The notes below the pieces were generated by a model. The model was not told where the DNA came from and made no database searches. It saw only the letters and a list, made by a program, of their open reading frames with translations. Below, piece after piece: positions 1-9,353 of a stretch of DNA of 64,000 bases. The position numbers and the translations under genes are program-made. This stretch comes from an uncultured Candidatus Saccharibacteria bacterium (lineage in GTDB: Bacteria; Patescibacteriota; Minisyncoccia; Phycocordibacterales; UBA9973): positions 821 through 64,820 of the forward strand of contig CAYREQ010000003.1 of assembly GCA_964423445.1 (NCBI GenBank), read 5' to 3'. How positions within the stretch are numbered: the stretch's first letter is position 1; every line of letters starts with the position of its first letter.

Positions 1-432
1 TCACTCCTTTCTATCTTTGCTATTATTTTTTGTGTACCAGACAAATTTTTTATTAGTTCTCTACATTCCAAAATATCTTTAACTGAAGACACAAAAGATA
101 CTGCTATATATTCCAAATCTTGCTCTACGGCAAATTTTATATACTCTTTATCTGCTTCAGTGATGGCTCTGACTGAGCTATGATCAAAGGTATGACCAGA
201 TTCTTTTTGTATTCTTGGACCAGGTAAATCAGCAATGATGGGAATTTCTCTATTGTGTACTTTTGATAATTTTCTTATCAAATCTATAGTCCCCTTTTTT
301 AAAGTCAGATCTCCCCAAGAAAAATTAAGTCTAGCCACGTCTATATGCTTTTCTATCATCAAGCCAAGTGTTTCTTCTACTGAAGATATAGGCCCTATGG
401 TCGCTATTATTTGTGTCTTGGAATTTTCCATA
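1..432 (-). CDS. pyk: pyruvate kinase, N-terminal part (gene continues beyond window start)
   Basis: Reverse-strand translation from the ATG at 430-432 gives MENSKTQIIATIGPISS...ARLNFSWG...IIADLPGPRIQ. This matches the canonical pyruvate kinase N-terminus (KIIATIGP, ARLNFSHG, GPxIR motifs). Not in the ORF track because it runs off the window. Confidence 0.7.
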
Positions 433-435
433 AAT

Positions 436-1053
436 TTATTTTGTCTGTCTTATCTCTTTATTTATTATATGCCCATTGTCATCAATGTCATAAATCAAAA
501 TTGCGTTAAAAGGTATTTCCAAGTCAGCCACATCTTCATCCGAAATACTTTCTATATATTTCACCAAAGCTCGCAGAGAATTTCCGTGAGCCACTATGAG
601 CACATCTTTACCTTCTTGTACTTTTGGTACAATTTCTTTTAAATAAAATGGCAATACTCTGTCATACACCATCTGCAATGTCTCTCCATTTGGTATCGCA
701 TAATTCCAGCCTCGGCGTAATTTTTTAAATTCTTCTTCACCTAGGAGCTTTTCCATATCAAATTTATTCTTGCCGGTATAGTCTCCATAATCGCGTTCAT
801 TTAAGGCAGAATTATGTTCGGTAGGGACTGCAGTTTTTTTACATACATCAAGAATACAATTCAGTGTCTCTATTGTGCGCACAGCTTTTGAAGCAAAAGC
901 GCAATCTATATTTACATCTTTGATGAGTAGTCCGACAGCATCGGAATCTTTTACTCCCTTATCGGTGAGGTGCACATCTTTTATCCCTGTCCATTTACCG
1001 AGCTTATTCCATTCTGACTCTTGGTGTCTGGCTATGATCAATTTACCTTTCAT
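436..1053 (-). CDS. gpmA: 2,3-bisphosphoglycerate-dependent phosphoglycerate mutase (histidine phosphatase family)
   Basis: Has the RHQESEWN motif (RHGESEWN-like catalytic His), about 205 aa, and sits immediately upstream of pyk. Confidence 0.75.
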   Translation of the reverse strand: MKGKLIIARHQESEWNKLGKWTGIKDVHLTDKGVKDSDAVGLLIKDVNIDCAFASKAVRTIETLNCILDVCKKTAVPTEHNSALNERDYGDYTGKNKFDMEKLLGEEEFKKLRRGWNYAIPNGETLQMVYDRVLPFYLKEIVPKVQEGKDVLIVAHGNSLRALVKYIESISDEDVADLEIPFNAILIYDIDDNGHIINKEIRQTK

Positions 1054-1055
1054 AT

Positions 1056-2030
1056 CTATTTAGTGATTATATTTTTTAATTCTTTACCTTCAAAGAAATC
1101 TATGATATTTTGTGCAGCTACTGTAGCCATAGCTTCACGTGCATCCAGATTTGCCGATGCTATATGTGGAGTAAGGACTGTATTTTCTAACTCGAGTAAG
1201 CCAGCAGAAATATTTGGCTCAAATTCAAACACGTCTAGTGCTGCTCCAGCAATAACTTTTTCTTTTAATATTTTTTCTAGAGCCACTTCATCTACCACAG
1301 GACCACGAGAAGTATTTATCAAATAAGCTGTAGGTTTCATTAGTCGTAAAGTCTTTTCATTTATCAAGTGATGTGTTGATGGCAAAAGTGGCACATGTAG
1401 ACTCACAAAATCTGCTTGCGGTAATAATTCTTCTAAAGAATTACAAAATACTACGCCGAGCTCGTCCTCCAATTTTTTATTTCTATTTATATCTGTGTAG
1501 ATTATTTTAAAGCCTAAACCTTTGCAGAGCTCGGCCACTTTTTCTCCTATCCTTCCGTCTCCCACTAGCCCCACTACTTTCCCAGAAATATTTGTACCTA
1601 AAAAACCCATCGGCTCCCAGCCTGCGTATTTTCCATGTCTCACAAATCTATCTGCTTCTACTATTCTATTTGATAAAGCTAAAATCATACCTATGGCATG
1701 CTCAGCTACAGCGAGAGAAGACAAATCAGTCGGTGCATTGGTGACGGTCACTCCCTTGGTCTTTGCTTCTTCTATATCAATGTTGTCATAGCCAGAAGCA
1801 AAATTTGAAAATATTTTTACACTAGGTGCCACCTCAAAAACACTTTTATCAATCTTGTCCGTCAGTAGTGTGATTACTCCATCGTATGGTTTTTGTTTTA
1901 ATAAATTTATTATCTCATCTGTACTCAATATCTTATCTCCTTTATTTACATCTACACTATAGCCATGCTCTTCTAATAGAGAGACGGCTATCTTTGGTAT
2001 TTCTCTCGTAATTAAAATGTTTTTTGTCAT
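1056..2030 (-). CDS. D-isomer-specific 2-hydroxyacid dehydrogenase (glyoxylate/hydroxypyruvate reductase or PGDH-like)
   Basis: Has a GLVGDGRIGEKVAE NAD-binding Rossmann motif and the catalytic-domain arrangement typical of the D-2-hydroxyacid dehydrogenase family. Confidence 0.7.
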   Translation of the reverse strand: MTKNILITREIPKIAVSLLEEHGYSVDVNKGDKILSTDEIINLLKQKPYDGVITLLTDKIDKSVFEVAPSVKIFSNFASGYDNIDIEEAKTKGVTVTNAPTDLSSLAVAEHAIGMILALSNRIVEADRFVRHGKYAGWEPMGFLGTNISGKVVGLVGDGRIGEKVAELCKGLGFKIIYTDINRNKKLEDELGVVFCNSLEELLPQADFVSLHVPLLPSTHHLINEKTLRLMKPTAYLINTSRGPVVDEVALEKILKEKVIAGAALDVFEFEPNISAGLLELENTVLTPHIASANLDAREAMATVAAQNIIDFFEGKELKNIITK

Positions 2031-2111
2031 ATTTACATATTAACACTTATAGCTAAATTATAAAAACCAACCTTTTAAGCTGGTTTTTATAATTTTATAT
2101 ATATAAATTTA

Positions 2112-2297
2112 TTACATTAATGGCTTTGCATCAGCCTCAGACATAAACTTAAACATGTTTCCTCCGCACTTAGTACAAGTACCTTTTGCAGAGTATCTTC
2201 CCTTTTCGTTTTTTGTAACTACTGGGTTAGACATGACCTGCATTGTAGGCTTATTATTTTCCCTACATTTCATACACAAAGCTTTTAATTCTGCCAT
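2112..2297 (-). CDS. small zinc-ribbon protein (two CxxC pairs)
   Basis: 61 aa with CMKC...CTKCGG motifs and no other recognisable domain. Confidence 0.4.
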   Translation of the reverse strand: MAELKALCMKCRENNKPTMQVMSNPVVTKNEKGRYSAKGTCTKCGGNMFKFMSEADAKPLM

Positions 2298-2361
2298 AGA
2301 TTTTATAATTAACTATTAATATAACTTAAGTATAACACAAAAGTATAGTAATATAGTAAAT

Positions 2362-3003
2362 ATGTCAACAAAGCTAATATATTTCGTCAGACACGGTGAG
2401 ACCATTTTAAATGCCCAAAATATCAGGCAAGGAGCTGAAGGCGGGCTCACCGAGCTCGGGAAAACTCAAGCATTGGAGACTGCAAAAAGGTTTCCAAAAC
2501 ACAAAGGACACCCCGAAGTCATCATAACGAGCCCATACGAGCGTACCCGTGAGACAGCAGAAATAATAGCCAAAGAGCTAGGTATGAAAATAGAGTATTG
2601 TGATCTACTGGTAGAGCGTAGAAACCCATCAGAGATAATCGGCAAATGGGGTGAAGATCCAGAGGTAAAAAAAATTGTGGACCAGATGGACAAGAGCTTC
2701 CACGAAGACAATTTGCGAATTTCTGACGAAGAAAACTTTGTAGATTTAAAAGCTCGTGCCAAAAAATTATTGAAATATATCAAAAGAAGACGAGAACATA
2801 GAATAATCATGATTACCCATGGAATATTTTTGAAAATGGTAGTGTCATATATGATAGAGGGCGAAAAACTCACTGCTAGTGAATACAATAAATTGAGTGT
2901 CTACAACCCAGTAAACAATGCGAGTATGGCTATAGTCTCTTACACTGGACACTGGTTTAAAAAAGATGAGTGGAAAATACTAGTCTGGAACGACTTGGAC
3001 TAA
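2362..3003 (+). CDS. histidine phosphatase family protein (phosphoglycerate mutase-like)
   Basis: Has the RHGET motif near the N-terminus and is about 213 aa. Confidence 0.6.
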   Translation: MSTKLIYFVRHGETILNAQNIRQGAEGGLTELGKTQALETAKRFPKHKGHPEVIITSPYERTRETAEIIAKELGMKIEYCDLLVERRNPSEIIGKWGEDPEVKKIVDQMDKSFHEDNLRISDEENFVDLKARAKKLLKYIKRRREHRIIMITHGIFLKMVVSYMIEGEKLTASEYNKLSVYNPVNNASMAIVSYTGHWFKKDEWKILVWNDLD

Positions 3004-3719
3004 ATACCTGCGACTCCAAAAAGTTTTCCTATTCCAAAAGTTACCACCATAGCTAAAATTCCACCCAAGACTACTCGAAGGGTAGCTTTTCTCTTACTAG
3101 CTCCACCGACATATGCAGAGAGCGTGCCTGTGATTACAAGTGCAAAAAATACTGAGATAAATGTAGCGGTGATTTGCATAGATGCGGGAGCTACAAGTAT
3201 AGCGATGATAGGTATGATAGCTCCACAGAAAAATGCGAGAGCAGATGCATAAGCTGCGTGAAATGGATTTGTCAGGTCATTTGGATTTATATTTAATTCT
3301 GCGTCCACGTGTGCTGCAAAAGCATCTTTATCTGTGAGCTCACGAGCTACTACTTCGGCTGTTGTGCGAGAAAGGCCTTTACCTTGATAAATTACAGTCA
3401 GCTCTTCGAGCTCTTGCTCTGGCATATTTTCTATTTCCCAAAGTTCTTTTTTAAGTAAAGCTTTTTCTGTATCTCGTTGACTACTGACAGATACATATTC
3501 GCCGACAGCCATAGACAAAGCTCCAGCCACGAGTGCTGCTACACCCGCAGTCAATATAAAACTTTTATCATGAGATGCTCCAGCCACGCCCACGATGACA
3601 GCTGCCACCGATACAATACCATCATTGGCTCCGAGCACAGCAGCTCGGAGCCAATTTAGTTTGGAGTTTGTAGAAAAACTATTTAATTCTAAGTGTAAAA
3701 GCGGGTCACGAGAAGTCAT
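3000..3719 (-). CDS. VIT1/CCC1 family iron/manganese transporter
   Basis: Has LRAAVLGANDGIVSVAAVIVG and multiple TM helices characteristic of the VIT/CCC1 (DUF125) family. Confidence 0.65.
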   Translation of the reverse strand: MTSRDPLLHLELNSFSTNSKLNWLRAAVLGANDGIVSVAAVIVGVAGASHDKSFILTAGVAALVAGALSMAVGEYVSVSSQRDTEKALLKKELWEIENMPEQELEELTVIYQGKGLSRTTAEVVARELTDKDAFAAHVDAELNINPNDLTNPFHAAYASALAFFCGAIIPIIAILVAPASMQITATFISVFFALVITGTLSAYVGGASKRKATLRVVLGGILAMVVTFGIGKLFGVAGI

Positions 3720-3748
3720 GACTACATTATACCATTTTTTACCTCAAA

Positions 3749-4162
3749 TTACGCTGAGAGTATAAAGGCAGCCACCATCACAGCCACGAAAGCAAAGCCA
3801 GACATTATAAAGATTTGTTTTAGCCAATATTTCCTTTTAGTGTTTGCCCAGATTACAGCACCTACTTGTGTAGGCACTACAAAGCCAATCCAAATCCAAA
3901 AACCAACGTGATAAATACTAAATTCAGGCATATATGGTGCTAGGCCTGCTAGAGACACTGTCATAAAAAATGTCAGGAATAATTGCAGAGCATAAAAAGG
4001 CATCATTTCCTTTTGCATTTTCTTTAACTCTTCTTTTGATAAATGTGTGCATTCCATTATCTGCATCCATGTCTTACCGAAAAGAATCGGTGAATACCAG
4101 ATAGCTCCTAATACAAACTGCACTATACTAGCTATAAAAACCAATTTATAATTTATATCCAT
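3749..4162 (-). CDS. DUF1761-like membrane protein
   Basis: Hydrophobic 137-aa protein with a WYSPILFGKTWM segment resembling DUF1761. Confidence 0.4.
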   Translation of the reverse strand: MDINYKLVFIASIVQFVLGAIWYSPILFGKTWMQIMECTHLSKEELKKMQKEMMPFYALQLFLTFFMTVSLAGLAPYMPEFSIYHVGFWIWIGFVVPTQVGAVIWANTKRKYWLKQIFIMSGFAFVAVMVAAFILSA

Positions 4163-4204
4163 ATGTTTATTTTGTTACTTTTAATATACTAAAATAATAT
4201 CACT

Positions 4205-4726
4205 TTAGTTTATTTCAGCACAAGCCACATCTGTGAGTTGTAAATTGTATAGAATTTTACTTTGATCTTTGTATACGTAGACACCATCTCCCCTGTCTAC
4301 CATCTCCCCAAATCCGATACTAGCTGTGCCTTCACCAAATATAAATTTCAATTGCTCTTTTGTATTCATGCCCTCAGCTAGTGTGTCCCATGTGGCATCC
4401 ACTGTTCGTGCCATCATCACTTTATCTACTGCACTGACTGTACCTTCAAATTTTCCTATTTTTTTATCTTTCTCTGCTGGCAAGAGATTCAACTCTCCTA
4501 ACACTTTCCCCTCTTTATTGTCTATGAGCATTTTGAGTGTAAATTTATCAAAGAAACCCTGCTCATTTGTTTTTCCTTTTTGCATAAAGCAAAGCTCTAC
4601 GGGTTTTACCTCTTCTACTACTGGTGGAGTTACGACGACAGGAGAAGACATCTTTTTATTGTTTATTAAAAAGAAAGCTCCTATTACTAGTAATACCGCA
4701 AACACTACGATTAGTATTTTTTTCAT
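4205..4726 (-). CDS. membrane-anchored/secreted hypothetical protein
   Basis: N-terminal signal-anchor (MKKILIVVFAVLLVIGAFFL) and no recognisable catalytic motif. Confidence 0.4.
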   Translation of the reverse strand: MKKILIVVFAVLLVIGAFFLINNKKMSSPVVVTPPVVEEVKPVELCFMQKGKTNEQGFFDKFTLKMLIDNKEGKVLGELNLLPAEKDKKIGKFEGTVSAVDKVMMARTVDATWDTLAEGMNTKEQLKFIFGEGTASIGFGEMVDRGDGVYVYKDQSKILYNLQLTDVACAEIN

Positions 4727-4743
4727 GTATTTATTATATCACT

Positions 4744-5130
4744 CTATCTATATAGATGTGCTGTTCGTTTTAATTCAGCTCGGATGATTTTATGATTTGG
4801 CACTGTTTGTGCGACCAAATTCCAAAAATTTACTGAGTGGTTGAATTCTTTTAGATGGCAGAGCTCGTGCACGATAATATAATCCGCAATATGTGGAGGT
4901 AAAAACAATACTTTATAATTGAAATTCAAATTGCCCTGTTTGGAGCAGCTACCCCACCGAGATTTGGTATTTCGTATAGATACCCTACCCACCCGAAAAC
5001 CATATTGAGTATTAAGTGTAGCTATTTTTGTATGTACCAAAGCTCTAGCCTCTTCTTTATATTTTTTATAGTCCCACCTAGTGTATTTCTTTTTACCTAG
5101 AAAATTTAAAATCTGATTTACAATCATCAA
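4744..5130 (-). CDS. DUF45/YgjP-like zinc metallopeptidase (HExxH), paralog A
   Basis: Has the HELCHLKEFNH motif. It is about 80 percent identical to the 11218..11601 product and shares an identical >40-nt nucleotide core (aaatggcagagctcgtgcacgataatataatccgcaatatgtgg). Confidence 0.6.
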   Translation of the reverse strand: MMIVNQILNFLGKKKYTRWDYKKYKEEARALVHTKIATLNTQYGFRVGRVSIRNTKSRWGSCSKQGNLNFNYKVLFLPPHIADYIIVHELCHLKEFNHSVNFWNLVAQTVPNHKIIRAELKRTAHLYR

Positions 5131-5193
5131 AGAATTTTAGCACAAATGACTGAAAGTTAATTTGTGTTGTATCTACTTTTATTAAAAACTGCT

Positions 5194-5742
5194 TTAATCC
5201 AAGATATCCCACAGATGTAGAGTCAGAGCGGTGCGCTCGCCTTTGTGTGGTTCGGCCAATTTCAGCATGATTTTTTCTGTAGGTAGATTTTTCAATTTAA
5301 AAGCTTTTTGAAAACCTTTTCTAGTGCCTAGATCACCCACGGGCAATACATCCGGCCTATTCAATGCAAATATTAAAAACATGTCGGCTGTCCAAGGACC
5401 GATGCCTTTCACGGCGAGTAAGTGTTCTTTGACCTCGGCATCTGTCATCTTGTGAAAATTTTTATGATTGATAGTTTTATCCAAAAATTTCTCTGACAAA
5501 TCTTTGAGGTAGCCAGACTTTTGTGGAGATATGCCAGCAGATTTTAATTGTGCAATATTAAATTTTAAAAAAGCTTCAGGCGTCGGCTTTTTCTTTCCAA
5601 AGAGCGCTATAAATTTTGCATAGATAGCATTGCCTGCTTTAGTAGAAATCTGCTGATATATCATCGCTCGCGCCAAAGACAAAAAAGCATTCTTTGTCGG
5701 TGTAATCTTCCGTAATTTCTTTTTATTTATTTTGAGTTTCAT
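5194..5742 (-). CDS. HhH-GPD DNA glycosylase (AlkA-like 3-methyladenine DNA glycosylase II family)
   Basis: Has the VKGIGPWTADMFL helix-hairpin-helix Gly/Pro motif followed by a catalytic Asp region. Confidence 0.65.
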   Translation of the reverse strand: MKLKINKKKLRKITPTKNAFLSLARAMIYQQISTKAGNAIYAKFIALFGKKKPTPEAFLKFNIAQLKSAGISPQKSGYLKDLSEKFLDKTINHKNFHKMTDAEVKEHLLAVKGIGPWTADMFLIFALNRPDVLPVGDLGTRKGFQKAFKLKNLPTEKIMLKLAEPHKGERTALTLHLWDILD

Positions 5743-5766
5743 ATATATAATAAATATAAGTGATCT

Positions 5767-6108
5767 CTAACGGGACATAATTTCTATAGAAAAATTAAAT
5801 TCTTCGCCGTCGTAAAGATTTTCTTCAAAACGAACTTCTTTTTTTAGTGGTAAGACATATGTATTTGATCTCTTGTCTGGAAATATAGAAGTCTGCCACT
5901 CTGTCTTTTTTACTTTCGCTTTCACATACACAGCTCCCCACCCTCGGCGAAGATTCCCCTTTTGCATTTCCTTTATCTTTTCTGAAATTTTCTCTGGCAA
6001 ATAAGCAAACCTCCAAGCTCCTTTATCGTCCCCTTTTGCCCGAACGCCATTTTGCCAAACAATAACTTTGCTTTTAAATTTGAAGATGGTTTTAGATTTT
6101 TTTTGCAT
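5767..6108 (-). CDS. DUF1905 domain protein
   Basis: Segments WRFAYLPEKISEKI...RGWGAVYVKAKV...WQTSIFPDKRSNTYVLPLKKEVR match the DUF1905 signature. Start/stop spacing indicates translational coupling to the upstream ORF. Confidence 0.5.
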   Translation of the reverse strand: MQKKSKTIFKFKSKVIVWQNGVRAKGDDKGAWRFAYLPEKISEKIKEMQKGNLRRGWGAVYVKAKVKKTEWQTSIFPDKRSNTYVLPLKKEVRFEENLYDGEEFNFSIEIMSR

Positions 6109-6110
6109 AT

Positions 6111-6515
6111 CTATTTTAATATATAAATCGAAAGTATGTTTTTTAGATTAACGCTCAAAATTGGAAAAGAATACGCACCAGCAACTTTCCATGAGTGAGA
6201 ATTTTTAATTGTTGGAAGAATTTTTTTTAACACCTTGTCATGAGGGTATAAATACCAATTATCATTTTGCTTATCCTGAAAACAAATATATAGGTCTTTT
6301 TTAAGATATTTTCTTTCAAAAGTTGCTCTTCCTTTTAATTGAACTCGCAAAAATTCTTTACCATTAAAATTTAAAGCAATAAAATCTGCTCCCATCCAGT
6401 CATCAGAAAGCTTAATGGTTGTGTATCCGTAATCAGCAAAGATAGCCGTTACCTTTTGGAAATTATAAATCTCTTTCTGTCTTGCGTTAAGTTTGTTATA
6501 TGAGATTTTTTTCAT
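6111..6515 (-). CDS. hypothetical protein with possible PD-(D/E)xK-like motif
   Basis: 134 aa. The ADFIALNF...EFLRVQLKG segment resembles a D...(E/Q)xK nuclease motif. It overlaps the upstream 571-aa ORF by 4 nt. Confidence 0.35.
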   Translation of the reverse strand: MKKISYNKLNARQKEIYNFQKVTAIFADYGYTTIKLSDDWMGADFIALNFNGKEFLRVQLKGRATFERKYLKKDLYICFQDKQNDNWYLYPHDKVLKKILPTIKNSHSWKVAGAYSFPILSVNLKNILSIYILK

Positions 6516-8227
6516 TTTTTAACATAGTATGTTTTTTCTAGTTTTACATTTCCTTCTTTATATTGAAAAATATCTAGGTCTCCACCGATCCATACCTTCC
6601 ATTTTTTCATATCTGGAGATATTGTAACAAAAAAATTTATTTTCTCTATAGGTAAACCTTTTAAATTACTTTTTTCGCCTGGAATCCAGAAACTAACACT
6701 TAATAATATTGGTAAATTATTATTCTCTGGTGAAGTTTTTTCTACTAATTTACTCAGGGCATTTTTAAAATCATTATCTAAGCTATAAGCTTGTAGCTTA
6801 TCTATGTCTGCAGATACTTTTCTTTGGTTGTATGCACCCTTACTCTCGGTTAAATCAAGATATTTATTCGGGTAAAAAGCTACGACATCAATATATTTTC
6901 TCTGTTGACTTCTTCCTGTGCCTGCTTGAGGTAGGATCGCACGATCACCCTGAGCACCTGGGTAACTTATAGATATTATTTTAAAACCATTTTTTTTCAA
7001 AACTTGATGAGATACAATGTAAGTTACATCATCCTCTTCTATAAAATTTCTTTCTGCTATTTTTGTTGCACTTAAATTACCTTTTTTGTTTAAAAAATCG
7101 AAGTTAATTTTCCAGCTCAAAATAATTCTATCATTACCTTTTTTATCTTGTATGATAAATTTTTCAGAATTACAAAATATTGCAAATAATTGCTTATTAA
7201 GCGTGTTAAAATTTTCTAGAACAAACCCTGTGATGTCTATATAATTCGAAATAAGTTTAGATGATTTTAGGTATTTATTATCCTCCAAGTATTGATTGAA
7301 ATTCCCAATCTTGTCTAGGTTTGTTCCTTTTATAAAAGCCTTCAAAAAATCATAATTACTCTTTAATTTATTTAATTTAAAAACTTTATCTCCAGTGGAG
7401 GGGAAAATTATTTTCGATATTATTTTTTTATTGTATCTATATTTATAATACCAAATCATTCCTCGCTCGGGGTCCATGCCGTGCCCCATACGATTAAATT
7501 TAAAATAAAGAGATTTTTCTTCATTTATCCATTTCAGCCTTGAGCTATTGAATTTTTCACTATTATCTTCTAACTCAATCTTGGATATTTTTTCTATCCA
7601 ATATTTCAAATTTAAATCTTTCTTTAATATAGGTAAAACATTCCTAGCTAAACTTTCTTTTTTTATTTTTTCAAAATTATCTTCAGTATATTTTATTGTT
7701 TTAGTTAATAGTGATGAAAATTCTTTTATATTAGGTGGACAGGAAAAATATTCTTTATCTCTCTTTACATAATTTGAAGATTCAAGAGGCCACTCAAGGT
7801 GAAATGAAGGTACCCCGAATTTTTTATAAATAAGAGCATAGGGCTCAATTATATTAAAATTTGTATTTCCTCCATGCTTACTATTTGAAAGCTTTAAGGG
7901 TGAAATCTTTATGTAAAAACACTCGCCTGCAACAGCGCCAATATAACCATCGAACCTTTGAAGTTCATGGTCTTCTGTTATTACTGCTTCTGAAAACTCA
8001 ATTACAAATAAGGGTATCTCTTCTTCGTCTTTTACAAATGAAATTAGAATGTCTGGATTTTTAAATTTTAAAATTTTTGAAACCCTTGAACCTTCAATAT
8101 ATCCAACACTCTTTGATAAATACACTAATTTAATGTGGAGGTGTGGAAAAGTCTTACTTATTATTGGGCGAACATAGTGATTGGCTTGTTCGTATGATTC
8201 ATAATATATCCTGATTTCTTGATTCAT
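6512..8227 (-). CDS. candidate Type II(S) restriction endonuclease
   Basis: 571-aa Lys/Asn-rich protein immediately downstream of two DNA MTases. It has no Walker A motif. The C-terminal segment IDVVAFYPNKYLDLTESK fits a PD-x(n)-ExK nuclease motif. Confidence 0.45.
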   Translation of the reverse strand: MNQEIRIYYESYEQANHYVRPIISKTFPHLHIKLVYLSKSVGYIEGSRVSKILKFKNPDILISFVKDEEEIPLFVIEFSEAVITEDHELQRFDGYIGAVAGECFYIKISPLKLSNSKHGGNTNFNIIEPYALIYKKFGVPSFHLEWPLESSNYVKRDKEYFSCPPNIKEFSSLLTKTIKYTEDNFEKIKKESLARNVLPILKKDLNLKYWIEKISKIELEDNSEKFNSSRLKWINEEKSLYFKFNRMGHGMDPERGMIWYYKYRYNKKIISKIIFPSTGDKVFKLNKLKSNYDFLKAFIKGTNLDKIGNFNQYLEDNKYLKSSKLISNYIDITGFVLENFNTLNKQLFAIFCNSEKFIIQDKKGNDRIILSWKINFDFLNKKGNLSATKIAERNFIEEDDVTYIVSHQVLKKNGFKIISISYPGAQGDRAILPQAGTGRSQQRKYIDVVAFYPNKYLDLTESKGAYNQRKVSADIDKLQAYSLDNDFKNALSKLVEKTSPENNNLPILLSVSFWIPGEKSNLKGLPIEKINFFVTISPDMKKWKVWIGGDLDIFQYKEGNVKLEKTYYVKK

Positions 8228-8231
8228 GACA

Positions 8232-9353
8232 TTATTTTTCTAAAAATATTAAATGCTCTTCTTTTTTAATAAGTGATGAAAAACTTGGATTAAACATCCT
8301 AGAATGCTTCGACATTGGCGCACTGGCTATGTCCATAAATTTTAGACCAACTTCTTTTGAAATTTTTTTCATAATTTTATTCATTTTAATTAGCTTTTTA
8401 TCTATAACTGAATCTCCAATAATTATAAAAATTTTTCCGCCCTTTTTTATTATTCTCTTTATTTCTATTAAACACTTTTTTATGTCTTGTTCCCATTTTT
8501 GTGGATCTTCTTTCAAAGAAGAAAACTCGTGCCTTGATCCTATCTCGTTTAATTGTGCATATTTCACATCCATGTCTAGCCAATGTTTTCTGTGTTTATG
8601 GTAAAGATAATAATCATAGGTATTAGCATATGGGGGAGAAGTGATTATTAAATCAACCGAGTTTTTATTTAGCTTACTTAGATCTCTACTGTCTGCTTGA
8701 AAAACCTTTAGTTTAACCTTTGAATCTTTGGTTTTTTGAAAAAAATCTAAGTAAATACTTTTTATTTCTATTGATTTTTGAATAAAAATTCTAATTGTTT
8801 CTAGATCTTTTATATCCTTATTTATTGCAACATATCTAGTATTACTGTCTTGATTTGAAACTCTAACTAAAATTGAAGAAAAAATTATAAAAAATAAATC
8901 TTTTAATTCTTGTTCTTTCAATTTTAAAATCTCTAACTTTATAAAAGACAGCTCTTTAATTACATTACCTTGAAACCAGTGATCTATATTTTCATAATGA
9001 AAATTTTTAATATTTTTTGACTTTTTATATTTAATTGGCAATTCCTCGCAAAATCTATCTATTTTATTTAACAAATTTGGCGACAAGGGCTTTGCTTTAA
9101 CTTGTGATAAAAGACAAGAAAGAGGATTTATATCACTACCAAAAGAAGAGTGCCCCAGAAGAGTTGCTTCTAGTAAAGTGGTGCCAGACCCGACAAACGG
9201 GTCAAAAACTATATCTCCCTTTTTACCGAATTTTTGAATTATTTTCCTAGGAATAAATGCTGGAAACTTACAAGGAAACGCATGAAAATTATGTAGAGAA
9301 TGATTTCCTTCTTTTTTTGTATTATTAAATATATCTTTTAATTCTTTACTCAT
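8232..9353 (-). CDS. DNA methyltransferase (N4-cytosine/N6-adenine, SPPY motif)
   Basis: Has an AdoMet motif I (DIVFDPFVGSGTT) and a catalytic motif IV (ITSPPYANTYDY). Its start overlaps the stop of the upstream MTase. Confidence 0.7.
   Translation of the reverse strand: MSKELKDIFNNTKKEGNHSLHNFHAFPCKFPAFIPRKIIQKFGKKGDIVFDPFVGSGTTLLEATLLGHSSFGSDINPLSCLLSQVKAKPLSPNLLNKIDRFCEELPIKYKKSKNIKNFHYENIDHWFQGNVIKELSFIKLEILKLKEQELKDLFFIIFSSILVRVSNQDSNTRYVAINKDIKDLETIRIFIQKSIEIKSIYLDFFQKTKDSKVKLKVFQADSRDLSKLNKNSVDLIITSPPYANTYDYYLYHKHRKHWLDMDVKYAQLNEIGSRHEFSSLKEDPQKWEQDIKKCLIEIKRIIKKGGKIFIIIGDSVIDKKLIKMNKIMKKISKEVGLKFMDIASAPMSKHSRMFNPSFSSLIKKEEHLIFLEK

Noticed and set aside
235-642. Plus-strand 135-aa ORF
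   Set aside because: It lies antisense to the conserved pyk and gpmA reading frames, has low-complexity hydrophobic composition and is spurious.
2466-2888. Antisense and nested ORFs from the track (for example 2466..2888, 3477..3659, 5825..6016, 7548..7772, 8329..8604, 16186..16428, 29096..29431, 47825..48379, 58180..58736, 60262..60800)
   Set aside because: Each is embedded in or antisense to a longer ORF with clear conserved motifs. None has a recognisable motif, and most have biased low-complexity composition from the reverse frame of AT-rich coding DNA.
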